From assembly GCA_041664245.1 (NCBI GenBank), contig JBAYLC010000001.1:86654-150653 (forward strand): a stretch of 64,000 nucleotides of DNA, in the 5' to 3' direction. How positions within the stretch are numbered: the first letter of the stretch is position 1; every line of letters begins with the position of its first letter. Source of the stretch: Minisyncoccota bacterium (GTDB lineage: Bacteria; Patescibacteriota; Minisyncoccia; UBA6257; 2-01-FULL-56-20). Shown piece by piece: positions 17,379 to 27,341 of the stretch. The position numbers and the translations under genes are program-made. The notes beneath the pieces were generated by a model. It had not been told where the DNA came from and searched no databases. It was given only the letters and a program-made list of their open reading frames with translations.

Positions 17379-17630
17379 TTATTTCTTTTTTGTGCGCGTT
17401 TTCTTTACTATTTTCGGTGTCGTCGAAGCTTTCGCTCTCCTGGTCTTGAACTTCTCGACTCGTCCCGCCGTGTCAATCAACTTCTCTTCACCCGTGTAAA
17501 AAGGGTGGCACTTGCTGCAGATTTCTACCTTAATTTCCGCTTTTGTCGCGCCAGTAGTAAAAACTTCCCCGCATGCGCAGTGGACTTTTGCCGCCGGAAA
17601 ATAGGTTGGATGGATGTCCTTTTTTGCCAT
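17379..17630 (-). CDS. rpmE: 50S ribosomal protein L31
   Basis: MAKKDIHP start and a C..C....C..CHPFYTG zinc-ribbon pattern. Confidence 0.85.
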   Translation of the reverse strand: MAKKDIHPTYFPAAKVHCACGEVFTTGATKAEIKVEICSKCHPFYTGEEKLIDTAGRVEKFKTRRAKASTTPKIVKKTRTKKK

Positions 17631-17644
17631 GATTTTATGGGTCT

Positions 17645-17693
17645 ATTATACACACCCCTCTAAATTTGACAAGCTTTTTCTGGTGTATATAAT
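17645..17693. promoter_or_regulatory. divergent overlapping promoters sharing one -35 element (plus: TTGACA 17666-17671 / TATAAT 17688-17693 toward 16S; minus: TTGTCA / TATAAT 17645-17650 toward rpmE)
   Basis: Consensus hexamers on both strands. Spacers are 16 nt each. Confidence 0.5.
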
Positions 17694-17890
17694 AACCCTG
17701 TTATGAATAAGGCCTGATAAACTCACAAAATATCTAATTTTGACGTGAGCTGTCGGCCTTTCGACAGCTTTTTTAAAACTTAAAATAAGCCACCAAAATA
17801 CATACAGAGTAATTGTTAATCAATTACTCGCGAGAGTTTTTTAGTTGTCCCAATATTTTTTTTGATTTTTATTTTAAAATCTTATTTTTT

Positions 17891-19445
<1,555 letters not shown>

Positions 19446-19630
19446 AAACTAACTTTTGAAAAAATCTTTCTGCATAAAGCAGATTGTAAATTAATTCAAA
19501 AGGTTTAGGCCGATCATGTCTCTCTACTCTGAAGCACTGCAAAGTGGATCATGGTAGTGAGACATGCGCATTAATTGGGACAACTAAAAAGCTCTTTGAG
19601 ATTTTCATTTTTTTTGGTAGAATCGGATAA

Positions 19631-20002
19631 ATGGATAAAAAGATCCTAGTAATCGAAGATGATCGGTTTTTGTCATCGCTAATGAAAGCCCGCCTTGAAA
19701 AGGAGGGCTATAAGGTGTCTCAAGCGTTTGACGGAGAAGAAGCCCTAAGCTTATTAAGGCAACAAAAGCCGGATCTAATCGTTATGGATTTAATTATGCC
19801 TAAAGTTTCTGGTTTTGAACTTTTGGAAAATGTTTCGGTTGATCCTCAACTAAACCATATTCCAATTATGATTTTGAGTAACCTCGGGCAGGAAAGTGAC
19901 ATCGAAAAAGTGAAACGTCTTGGGGCGGCTAAATATTTTGTAAAAGTAAAAACTTCCATTGACGAGCTAGTTGCCCACGTCAAAGAAATGTTAAATTTGT
20001 AA
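19631..20002 (+). CDS. single-domain response regulator (CheY-like receiver)
   Basis: VIEDD acidic pocket, phospho-acceptor D in DLIVMDLIMP, and a conserved K near AKYFVK. No output domain. Confidence 0.85.
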   Translation: MDKKILVIEDDRFLSSLMKARLEKEGYKVSQAFDGEEALSLLRQQKPDLIVMDLIMPKVSGFELLENVSVDPQLNHIPIMILSNLGQESDIEKVKRLGAAKYFVKVKTSIDELVAHVKEMLNL

Positions 20003-20003
20003 A

Positions 20004-20318
20004 ATGATTGAAGAAAAAATTTTAGAAAAAATTAAACCCGGCGCCAAGGTTAAAGTTTCCACAACGGCGGGGGAAGGTGTGTCTACGTTTGAGGGATTAG
20101 TTATTGCCCGAAAACACGGCAAGGAAGAAGGCGGCACCTTTACTGTTCGCCGAATTTTGGCCGGCGTTGGAGTGGAAAAAGTTTTTCCCATTCATTCTCC
20201 GATAATTACCAAAATCGAAATTGTTAGCTCTCCTAAAAAAATTCATCGCTCCAAACTTTATTTTGTCCGAGAGTCCTCTGGTAAAAAAATTCGTCAGAAA
20301 CTCGGCGTTTCACTATAA
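20004..20318 (+). CDS. rplS: 50S ribosomal protein L19
   Basis: FEGLVIARKHGK...FTVRRI...GVEKVFPIHSP pattern typical of L19. Confidence 0.85.
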   Translation: MIEEKILEKIKPGAKVKVSTTAGEGVSTFEGLVIARKHGKEEGGTFTVRRILAGVGVEKVFPIHSPIITKIEIVSSPKKIHRSKLYFVRESSGKKIRQKLGVSL

Positions 20319-20437
20319 GTCGCTTATCGCAAATAGCTAATCGCCCATCAAACTTGCGTCAGTGGCTTATTTTTATATACTAACGGTAGGTAATTTATCA
20401 TGATTTGCGATTTGCATTTCGCGATTTGCCTAAACAG

Positions 20438-20519
20438 GCGCGGGTGGCGAAACTGGTAGACGCACTACCTTGAGGTGGTAGCGCCGCAAGGCTTGCAGGT
20501 TCGAGTCCTGTCCCGCGCA
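20438..20519 (+). tRNA. tRNA-Leu (anticodon GAG), long variable arm
   Basis: Acceptor GCGCGGG/CCCGCGC, D arm GTGGCGAAACTGGTAGACGC, anticodon loop TTGAGGT, and T loop GGTTCGAGTCC. CCA is not encoded. Confidence 0.8.
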
Positions 20520-20725
20520 CGATTACAAAATCTTAGTCCCGCTTTGGCGGGATTTAGATTTTGTTGAGTCCCGAGGAGTCCATCAGTCGGCGGACCGACG
20601 AGGGGCTACATTAATTTCGGACAGGATTAGAACACGAAAGGGGGTCGGGGGAAAGCGTTAGGGTTTCCATGAGTCGATTTAATTTTTACTACGACAAAAA
20701 ATCATACTTTTGCTATACTGAACAA

Positions 20726-21475
20726 ATGAAAAAACTTTTCCCATTTTTCGCAATATTCTTCTCCTTATCAGCAGTCGCTTTTGCCGCCAATTTGAATTAC
20801 CAAAGTCCCACTGGCCATTTTTCTATAGCCCTGCCGGCTGATTGGGAAGAAATTCCCCAAGACACCATTAATCAATTTGTCGAAGCGGTGATGGATTCAA
20901 ACACCACAACTACGGCGCCAAAATACACCGCCGGGTTTCAGGTTCAAAACCAAGACTATTTTGTTTACCCGTATCTTCTTATTGAAGAACATGACGCGAA
21001 CTCTCCAACCTATTCCGAAATTTTAAATGAATTTTCCAGTAATAATCTTCCTGAAAAAGCGAACGATAAAATGCAAGATGTTTCCGGTTTGATCAAAAAT
21101 GCCACCTTCGACAAACCTTATCTCGATCAAAATCGCCAAGCGATTTTTATGAATTCAATAATTGAAACGAATAGTGGTCTCGGTGACAACGTCAAAAGCC
21201 TAACCGTTCTATTTCCCGGAAAAAACGCAATCATTCAACTTAGTTTTTCCGCTCTGCAGTCGGAATATGAAAAAAATTTTCCTAATTTCGAATCAGTGAT
21301 CAATAGCTTCAAATACAACTCTGGCTATGAATACGCCGGGCCTCAGACAAAAAAAGCCGCCGGCATTTTTGGCGGCGGCTATCTAGAAGATGCGATAATA
21401 GTTATTGTTATTTTCCTCTTAACTTTTATAATCGGCCGATTTTTCAAGAAAAAACGAGCAAGCAATGCTATATAA
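20726..21475 (+). CDS. secreted hypothetical protein with C-terminal TM anchor
   Basis: Signal peptide MKKLFPFFAIFFSLSAVAFA and a C-terminal hydrophobic helix followed by KKKRASN. The ORF track starts 57 nt earlier, but the ATG at 20726 precedes the signal peptide. Confidence 0.55.
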   Translation: MKKLFPFFAIFFSLSAVAFAANLNYQSPTGHFSIALPADWEEIPQDTINQFVEAVMDSNTTTTAPKYTAGFQVQNQDYFVYPYLLIEEHDANSPTYSEILNEFSSNNLPEKANDKMQDVSGLIKNATFDKPYLDQNRQAIFMNSIIETNSGLGDNVKSLTVLFPGKNAIIQLSFSALQSEYEKNFPNFESVINSFKYNSGYEYAGPQTKKAAGIFGGGYLEDAIIVIVIFLLTFIIGRFFKKKRASNAI

Positions 21476-22556
21476 ATTTCTTCTTAAACCCATATTTTTT
21501 AAGTTCGACCCCGAATTAGTTCATAACCGAATTATCTCACTCGGGGAATTTTTGGGCCGATTTTCGTTAACAAAAAAAATTACCGCCAAACTGTTTAATT
21601 ACGAAAATTCTAAACTCGAAACTGAAGTCTGCGGCATTAAATTCAAAAATCCCGTCGGCCTCGCCGCCGGTTTTGATAAAGACGTTCGTCTCACTCAAAT
21701 CATCCCCGAAGTCAGTTTTGGTTTTATGGAAGTCGGCGCCGTAACTCATCTGCCCTGCGCTGGTAATCCCGGCCGCCATCTTGTTCGTCTTCCGGAAGAT
21801 AAATCCCTAATTGTCTATTATGGCCTCAAGAATATCGGCTCCGAAGCAATTTCCAAAAAACTTCCGGGTTTAGAATTTAAAATCCCGGTTGGAATTAATA
21901 TCGCCAAAACTAACCAAGCCGACATTAAAGGCGATAAATCAGTCGAGGATTATGTCCAAACCTATCGACTTTTGGCCTCGCGTTTTTCTTACGCCACAAT
22001 TAACGTTTCTTGCCCCAATGCCCAAGACGGCTGCACCTTTCAAGATCCCGTCTTTTTGAAAAAATTAATGGCCGCTCTAAAAAACGAACCAAAATCAGTG
22101 CCGGTGTTTCTCAAACTCTCCAATCATTTATCCCTCAAAGAAGTCGATGATATTCTTGAAATCGTTGAGGAGTCAAAATTGGTTGACGGTTTTGTTCTTT
22201 GTAATCTTTCCAAAGACCGCGCCAGTTTGAAATTAAAATCCCAGCCAGAAGTTTTAAATATTTTACCCGCCGGAGGAATCTCTGGTGCGCCAATTCGCCG
22301 GAAATCTAATGAATTGATTAAGTATGTTTATAAAAAAACTAACGGTCGGTACAAGATAATCGGCGTGGGCGGAATCTTTGATGCCGAAGACGCCTACGAA
22401 AAAATAAAATTTGGTGCCTCGCTTGTTCAAATTATTACCGGTTTAATCTATGGTGGTCCGGCCACAGTAAAAAGAATCAATCGCGGTTTAGTTCGTCTTT
22501 TAGAAAAAGACGGTTATAAAAATATTGAAGAAGCCGTTGGTGTGGAAGCGTATTAG
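21465..22556 (+). CDS. pyrD: dihydroorotate dehydrogenase (class 2-like)
   Basis: GLAAGFDK motif, NVSCPNA, and a C-terminal GVGGI...GASLVQI region. It overlaps the upstream gene by 11 nt. Confidence 0.85.
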   Translation: MLYKFLLKPIFFKFDPELVHNRIISLGEFLGRFSLTKKITAKLFNYENSKLETEVCGIKFKNPVGLAAGFDKDVRLTQIIPEVSFGFMEVGAVTHLPCAGNPGRHLVRLPEDKSLIVYYGLKNIGSEAISKKLPGLEFKIPVGINIAKTNQADIKGDKSVEDYVQTYRLLASRFSYATINVSCPNAQDGCTFQDPVFLKKLMAALKNEPKSVPVFLKLSNHLSLKEVDDILEIVEESKLVDGFVLCNLSKDRASLKLKSQPEVLNILPAGGISGAPIRRKSNELIKYVYKKTNGRYKIIGVGGIFDAEDAYEKIKFGASLVQIITGLIYGGPATVKRINRGLVRLLEKDGYKNIEEAVGVEAY

Positions 22557-22593
22557 TTTATTTATCTTTTTTATTTTATTAGAATAACTACTA

Positions 22594-22923
22594 ATGGAAC
22601 CCCGGGAGAAATTCGAAATTTCCGAATTCGAAAAATTTTTAGAAAAATACGAAGTCACTCGGATTTCGGATCGTCTTTTTGACCGTTTCGCGACGCTCGT
22701 GGTCGCCGCTTTCGGCTTAATTGCTGCTCTAGCCTGGGACGATGCCTTTAAGAATTTCTTCTCAAAAATTTTTGGTACTGAAAGTATTTGGGATAAAATT
22801 TTATATGCTGTTCTTGTTACGCTTCTAGCTGTGGTCGCCTCCCTTGTCGCTAGTTCTCATTTTCGAAAGCATAAGAAGAAAAAGCCGGCATCTCGCTTTA
22901 GTTTTTTTGGGAGAAAAAAATGA
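22594..22923 (+). CDS. hypothetical small membrane protein
   Basis: Two hydrophobic segments and a Lys-rich C-terminus. Confidence 0.45.
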   Translation: MEPREKFEISEFEKFLEKYEVTRISDRLFDRFATLVVAAFGLIAALAWDDAFKNFFSKIFGTESIWDKILYAVLVTLLAVVASLVASSHFRKHKKKKPASRFSFFGRKK

Positions 22924-22967
22924 ACCTCGATATTTAGTCGGGGTTTATAATCAAGGTTAGTATCGGT

Positions 22968-23561
22968 ATGAGAAAAAAATATATTATCGGTATCGACGAA
23001 GTCGGCCGGGGCCCTCTTGCTGGTCCCGTTTTTGTGGCGGTTGCCTGCCTGCCAAGAGATTTTAAAATTAGAAATAAAGAATTAGGAAAACTAGCTGATT
23101 CCAAAAAACTATCACCTCAGGCACGAGAAAAATGGTTTGAATATTTTAAAAATCATCCCGAAATAAAATTTGCTGTCGCCCAAATCAGCCCCAAAGTTAT
23201 TGATAGAATTAATATATCTCACTCCGCCAATCTCGCCGCCCTCCGCGCTTTTCATCGGCTAGCATCAGGTATCAAGTGTCATGTGCCAGATACTTATCTA
23301 GACGGGGGATTATATCTCGGCAACGGAAAAAATCGTTTGCCGGGAAAGACAATAATCAAAGGCGACGAAAAAATTACTGCCATTAAAATCGCTTCAATTA
23401 TTGCTAAGGTAAAACGCGATGCTTTAATGAAACGACTAGCAAAAAGGTATCCCCGCTACGGCTTGGAAATCCATAAGGGCTATGGCACTCGCGCCCATTT
23501 TGTGGCCATTAAAAAACTCGGTCCCAGTGAAATCCACCGTTTGACGTTCCTTCATAAATAG
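22968..23561 (+). CDS. rnhB: ribonuclease HII
   Basis: GIDEVGRGPLAGPVFVA catalytic motif near the N-terminus. Confidence 0.85.
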   Translation: MRKKYIIGIDEVGRGPLAGPVFVAVACLPRDFKIRNKELGKLADSKKLSPQAREKWFEYFKNHPEIKFAVAQISPKVIDRINISHSANLAALRAFHRLASGIKCHVPDTYLDGGLYLGNGKNRLPGKTIIKGDEKITAIKIASIIAKVKRDALMKRLAKRYPRYGLEIHKGYGTRAHFVAIKKLGPSEIHRLTFLHK

Positions 23562-23611
23562 CTTAGTATTACCAACAAATAGAAAGATTTTTTTATCTTT
23601 TATATTGAAAC

Positions 23612-23764
23612 ATGGGTGGCGTACCAATAAAACATCATAGCAAAGGAAAAGTCGGCCGGCGTCGGTCGCATCACGCTCTTAAGAAGGAGCGTCTTTTGGT
23701 ATGTAAAAGTTGCGGTTCACCCAAGTTGTCTCATCGGACCTGCGCCGAATGCGGCAAGAAATAG
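23612..23764 (+). CDS. rpmF: 50S ribosomal protein L32 (50 aa)
   Basis: GRRRSHHALK and C..CG....HR.C..CG zinc-ribbon pattern. Not in the ORF track because it is under 60 aa. Confidence 0.7.
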   Translation: MGGVPIKHHSKGKVGRRRSHHALKKERLLVCKSCGSPKLSHRTCAECGKK

Positions 23765-23798
23765 TTTAGTGTCATGTGCCAAGTGTCAGGATTTTTCC

Positions 23799-23833
23799 TG
23801 ATATCTGATACCTGATAGTTGATACTTGATATG
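23799..23833 (+). repeat. perfect 7-nt periodic repeat TGATAnn x5 ending in the nusB ATG
   Basis: Reads tgatatc tgatacc tgatagt tgatact tgatATG. Each unit resembles an extended -10 (TGnTA). Confidence 0.7.
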
Positions 23834-24292
23834 GCAACTCGACATCTTATAAGAACCGTCGTTCTCCAATCGCTCTACGAATGGGACTTTTATGATCGTA
23901 AAAAAGATATCACCGATATCATGGAGCGCAATCTCCTGGAATTTGCGCCGGGTATTGATGAGCCGGAATTCGCTTGGAAAATTCTTAAAAGCGTCATTGA
24001 CCACATCAAAGACATTGACAATGTTTTAACCAACGCCGCTCCCGAGTGGCCGCTTGATCGAATTGCCATCATTAACCGCAATGTTTTACGAATCGGTCTC
24101 GCCGAACTTCTCTATTCCGATCCCAATGAAGTTCCTCCCAAGGTGGCAATAAATGAAGCGATCGAGATGGCTAAAAACTACGGTGGCCCCAACGCGGTAA
24201 AATTTATAAATGGTGTCCTTGGAACTATTTATCGGGAAATAGAAAAAGGCAGAGGGGAAAAAGAAAGCAGTAAGGCAGAAAAAAAGGACTAA
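23831..24292 (+). CDS. nusB: transcription antitermination factor NusB
   Basis: [17 protein letters not shown] is NusB-like, and the protein is about 150 aa. Confidence 0.75.
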   Translation: MATRHLIRTVVLQSLYEWDFYDRKKDITDIMERNLLEFAPGIDEPEFAWKILKSVIDHIKDIDNVLTNAAPEWPLDRIAIINRNVLRIGLAELLYSDPNEVPPKVAINEAIEMAKNYGGPNAVKFINGVLGTIYREIEKGRGEKESSKAEKKD

Positions 24293-24293
24293 G

Positions 24294-24983
24294 ATGAATT
24301 CCAACGAACTCGAAGAAAATATTGGCATAAAATTTAAAAATCTGGATTTACTCAAAGAAGCGCTGACTCATCGTTCTTATCTTAATGAAAAGCCGGCTTG
24401 GCATCTTCCGCATAACGAACGCCTTGAGTATTTAGGTGACGCGGTTCTAGAGCTGGCGGTTACCGAAAAACTTTTCAAAAAGTTCAACAGCTTCCCCGAA
24501 GGGAAATTAACAATTCTGCGGGCGGCTTTGGTTAACTATCAAATTCTAGCCAAAGTGGCCGTTGAAATCGGCTTGGAAAAGTTTATCCTAATGTCGCGTG
24601 GCGAGGCCAAAGATAAAGGCAAAGCGCGGGAAGTTATTTTGGCAAACGCCATAGAGGCTCTAATCGGCGCTATCTACCTTGACCAAAATTTTGAGAAAAT
24701 AAGCACCTTCGTTGATAAATTTATTATTATTCATCTGAAGGATATTTTGAAAAACGAAACCTATAAAGACGTCAAAAGTAAACTTCAAGAAATTATTCAG
24801 GAAAAACAAAAAATCACTCCAACCTATAAAGTTATTGAAGAAAAGGGGCCGGCCCATCAGCGGACTTTTCGAATCGGAGTTTATTTCAATAATGAATTTA
24901 TTGCGGATGGTATTGGCGCCTCCAAACAAGAAGGCGAGCTGGAAGCGGCTCGATCTGCTCTAAAAAAATTAAAATTTAAATAA
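24294..24983 (+). CDS. rnc: ribonuclease III
   Basis: ERLEYLGDAVLEL signature and a C-terminal dsRBD. Confidence 0.9.
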   Translation: MNSNELEENIGIKFKNLDLLKEALTHRSYLNEKPAWHLPHNERLEYLGDAVLELAVTEKLFKKFNSFPEGKLTILRAALVNYQILAKVAVEIGLEKFILMSRGEAKDKGKAREVILANAIEALIGAIYLDQNFEKISTFVDKFIIIHLKDILKNETYKDVKSKLQEIIQEKQKITPTYKVIEEKGPAHQRTFRIGVYFNNEFIADGIGASKQEGELEAARSALKKLKFK

Positions 24984-25006
24984 TTTGGCCAGTTTTAATT
25001 ATCCCG

Positions 25007-27193
25007 ATGAATTTTTTAAAAAGACTAGAGCTAAACGGTTTTAAATCTTTTGCCGGAAAAACAACTCTCGATTTTCCCGCGGGTATCACCGCCATTGTCG
25101 GTCCTAACGGCTCTGGCAAATCAAACATCGTCGACGCCATTCGCTGGCTTTTAGGAGAAAGGGAAGCGAAAAACCTTCGCAGTGCGCGGGCCGAAGACTT
25201 AATATTTGCCGGCACGCCCAATCGCCCTCGGCTCGGCTTGGCACAAGCCAGTTTACATTTTGAAAATAAAAACGGTTTTTTTCCGGTTGATTTTTCTGAG
25301 ATATCAGTCAGCCGAGAAGTTAATCGTGATAACGTTAGCCGCTATTTTTTAAACAGCTCTGAAGTCCGGCTTAAAGATATTATTGATTTTTTTGCCCGCG
25401 CCAGATTAGGAACAAAGGGTTTTATTATTGTAAGCCAAGGCCAAAGTGACATCTTTATCAAGGCCACTCCCAGCGAACGCCGGGAGATGATTGAAGAAAT
25501 GCTTGGCTTAAGAGAATATCAACTCAAGAAAACTCGCGCCGAAAATCGCCTAAGCCAGACAAAAATTAACCTCGAAAAAGTTCAAGCTCTCCTTGAAGAA
25601 ATCGCCCCCCATCTTCGCTCGCTTAAACGACAGACTAGCCGATGGGAAAAACGCGGGGTGCTTGAGGATGAACTAAAAAATTTAGAAAACTCCTTCTTTG
25701 GCTCCCGCTACCATTCGCTTAATCAAGAAATCACGCGAATTGAGAAAGAAATCGAAAATCACAAAGGGGAACTTACTCAATTGCTCGAGGAAAAACGCCG
25801 CGCCGAGTATCGGCAAAAAGAAGTCGAAGCCCAAGAACCAAAAGAACGCGCCGAGCTTAAAGTTATTAAAAATGAAACCTCTGAACTGCTTCAAAAACAG
25901 CAGCAAATTCAAAAAGAACTCGGCCGCCTCGAAGCTCAGCTGGAGATAGGAGATAAAAGTGATGTTTCTTCTCCCTCCACCGAAAAGGTTCTTGCCTTGG
26001 TAAAAAATCTTCGAGCGAAATTAAAGTCCGCCCTCGAAAATGGTGGAGATTTGAAAGCAACAATCCACCAAATCATTCGGGAAATAGATCAAGTAATTGA
26101 AGCTGGCCACAACCCAAATGGAATTTCCATTTCCAAAGAATTAAGAGAAAAATTTGAAAACGTTAACAAGGAATTTAAAACGATCGAAGCCAAACTTCTC
26201 GATCTTCGGGAAAAAGAAAAAAATCTTGAAAAGAGTCAGGAACATTTCTATGAGCTTTTCAAATCAGCCATGATGACCGTGGAAAATGCCAAAGCGAAGA
26301 TTGAAGAATGGGAAAGCGCCAATCAGAAACGCTTATTCGAAAAAGAGCGGTTGGAAATGCGCCGTGATGAACTCCGTCGCCAGATTGTTGAAGCCGGCCG
26401 CCATCCTCACGAATTTGAATCATTAAGTCAGTCCGTTCTGGCGCATATCGAAGAAGCCGAATCGCGGGATCTGGAAAAAAGAATTTTCCGCCTGCGGGGC
26501 GATCTTGCTAGCTTAGGTGAAATTGACCAAGCCATTGTTAAAGAAGCCAAAGAAACCGAAGAACGCCACGAATTTCTGAATCGAGAACACGAAGACATCG
26601 AAAAAGCCCGAGTTGACCTCATTAATTTGATCAACGAACTCACCGAAAAAATTCAGGTTGAATTTGACGAAGCCATGGGAAAAATCAACCATGAGTTCAG
26701 TAACTTTTTCTCGATTATGTTCGGCGGCGGCCACGCCCGTTTGAAAGTTAAAAGATCCTTGCCTAAACCGCCGGTTTCCGAAATTACCGAAGGTGAGCCA
26801 GAAATAAAGGAAGTTGAATCCGAAGAATCAGCGGCCAAGAAGCCCCGCGAAGAGGGAATTGAGATAGAGCTTAGTCTTCCTAGAAAAAGAATTAACTCAT
26901 TGGATGTTCTCTCTGGCGGCGAAAGAAGCCTAGTCGGCATTGCCGCTCTTTTTGCTATGATTTCGGTGAGTCCGCCGCCCTTTCTGGTTTTAGACGAAAT
27001 CGATGCCGCCCTTGATGAAAGAAATACTAAGCGTTTTGCCGAGATTCTCAAAGAATTTTCCCGGAAAACCCAATTTGTGATTGTTACTCATAATCGCTCC
27101 ACTATGGAAGTGGCTGATGTGCTCTACGGCGTAACTCTAAACCAAGACGGTACGTCAAAAATTTTGTCGCTCAAACTCGAACCCGCCGTTTAG
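25007..27193 (+). CDS. smc: SMC-family ATPase, short form (728 aa)
   Basis: N-terminal Walker A GPNGSGKSNIVDAIRWLLGE. A long Glu/Lys/Arg-rich coiled-coil middle region. C-terminal LSGGERSLVGIAALFA signature and LVLDEIDAALDE Walker B. Confidence 0.75.
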   Translation: MNFLKRLELNGFKSFAGKTTLDFPAGITAIVGPNGSGKSNIVDAIRWLLGEREAKNLRSARAEDLIFAGTPNRPRLGLAQASLHFENKNGFFPVDFSEISVSREVNRDNVSRYFLNSSEVRLKDIIDFFARARLGTKGFIIVSQGQSDIFIKATPSERREMIEEMLGLREYQLKKTRAENRLSQTKINLEKVQALLEEIAPHLRSLKRQTSRWEKRGVLEDELKNLENSFFGSRYHSLNQEITRIEKEIENHKGELTQLLEEKRRAEYRQKEVEAQEPKERAELKVIKNETSELLQKQQQIQKELGRLEAQLEIGDKSDVSSPSTEKVLALVKNLRAKLKSALENGGDLKATIHQIIREIDQVIEAGHNPNGISISKELREKFENVNKEFKTIEAKLLDLREKEKNLEKSQEHFYELFKSAMMTVENAKAKIEEWESANQKRLFEKERLEMRRDELRRQIVEAGRHPHEFESLSQSVLAHIEEAESRDLEKRIFRLRGDLASLGEIDQAIVKEAKETEERHEFLNREHEDIEKARVDLINLINELTEKIQVEFDEAMGKINHEFSNFFSIMFGGGHARLKVKRSLPKPPVSEITEGEPEIKEVESEESAAKKPREEGIEIELSLPRKRINSLDVLSGGERSLVGIAALFAMISVSPPPFLVLDEIDAALDERNTKRFAEILKEFSRKTQFVIVTHNRSTMEVADVLYGVTLNQDGTSKILSLKLEPAV

Positions 27194-27341
27194 AATATTA
27201 AAACACATGAAGAAGTGCCCCCGTTACGCTGTGTATAATCGCTGTTGCTTAGGGGGGGTAGTGTTACAATCAAAGTAGATCAAAATAATATAAACCAAAG
27301 GTCAATAATTCCCGATTTTGGGAAATAATATAAATAAAAAT

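Noticed and set aside
20590-20690. tmRNA-like 5' motif GGGGCTACATTAATTTCGGACAGGATT
   Set aside because: Only ~140 nt are available before the next gene. No tRNA-like 3' domain (TPsiC arm plus an acceptor ending in CCA) and no tag reading frame were found. The resemblance is probably chance.
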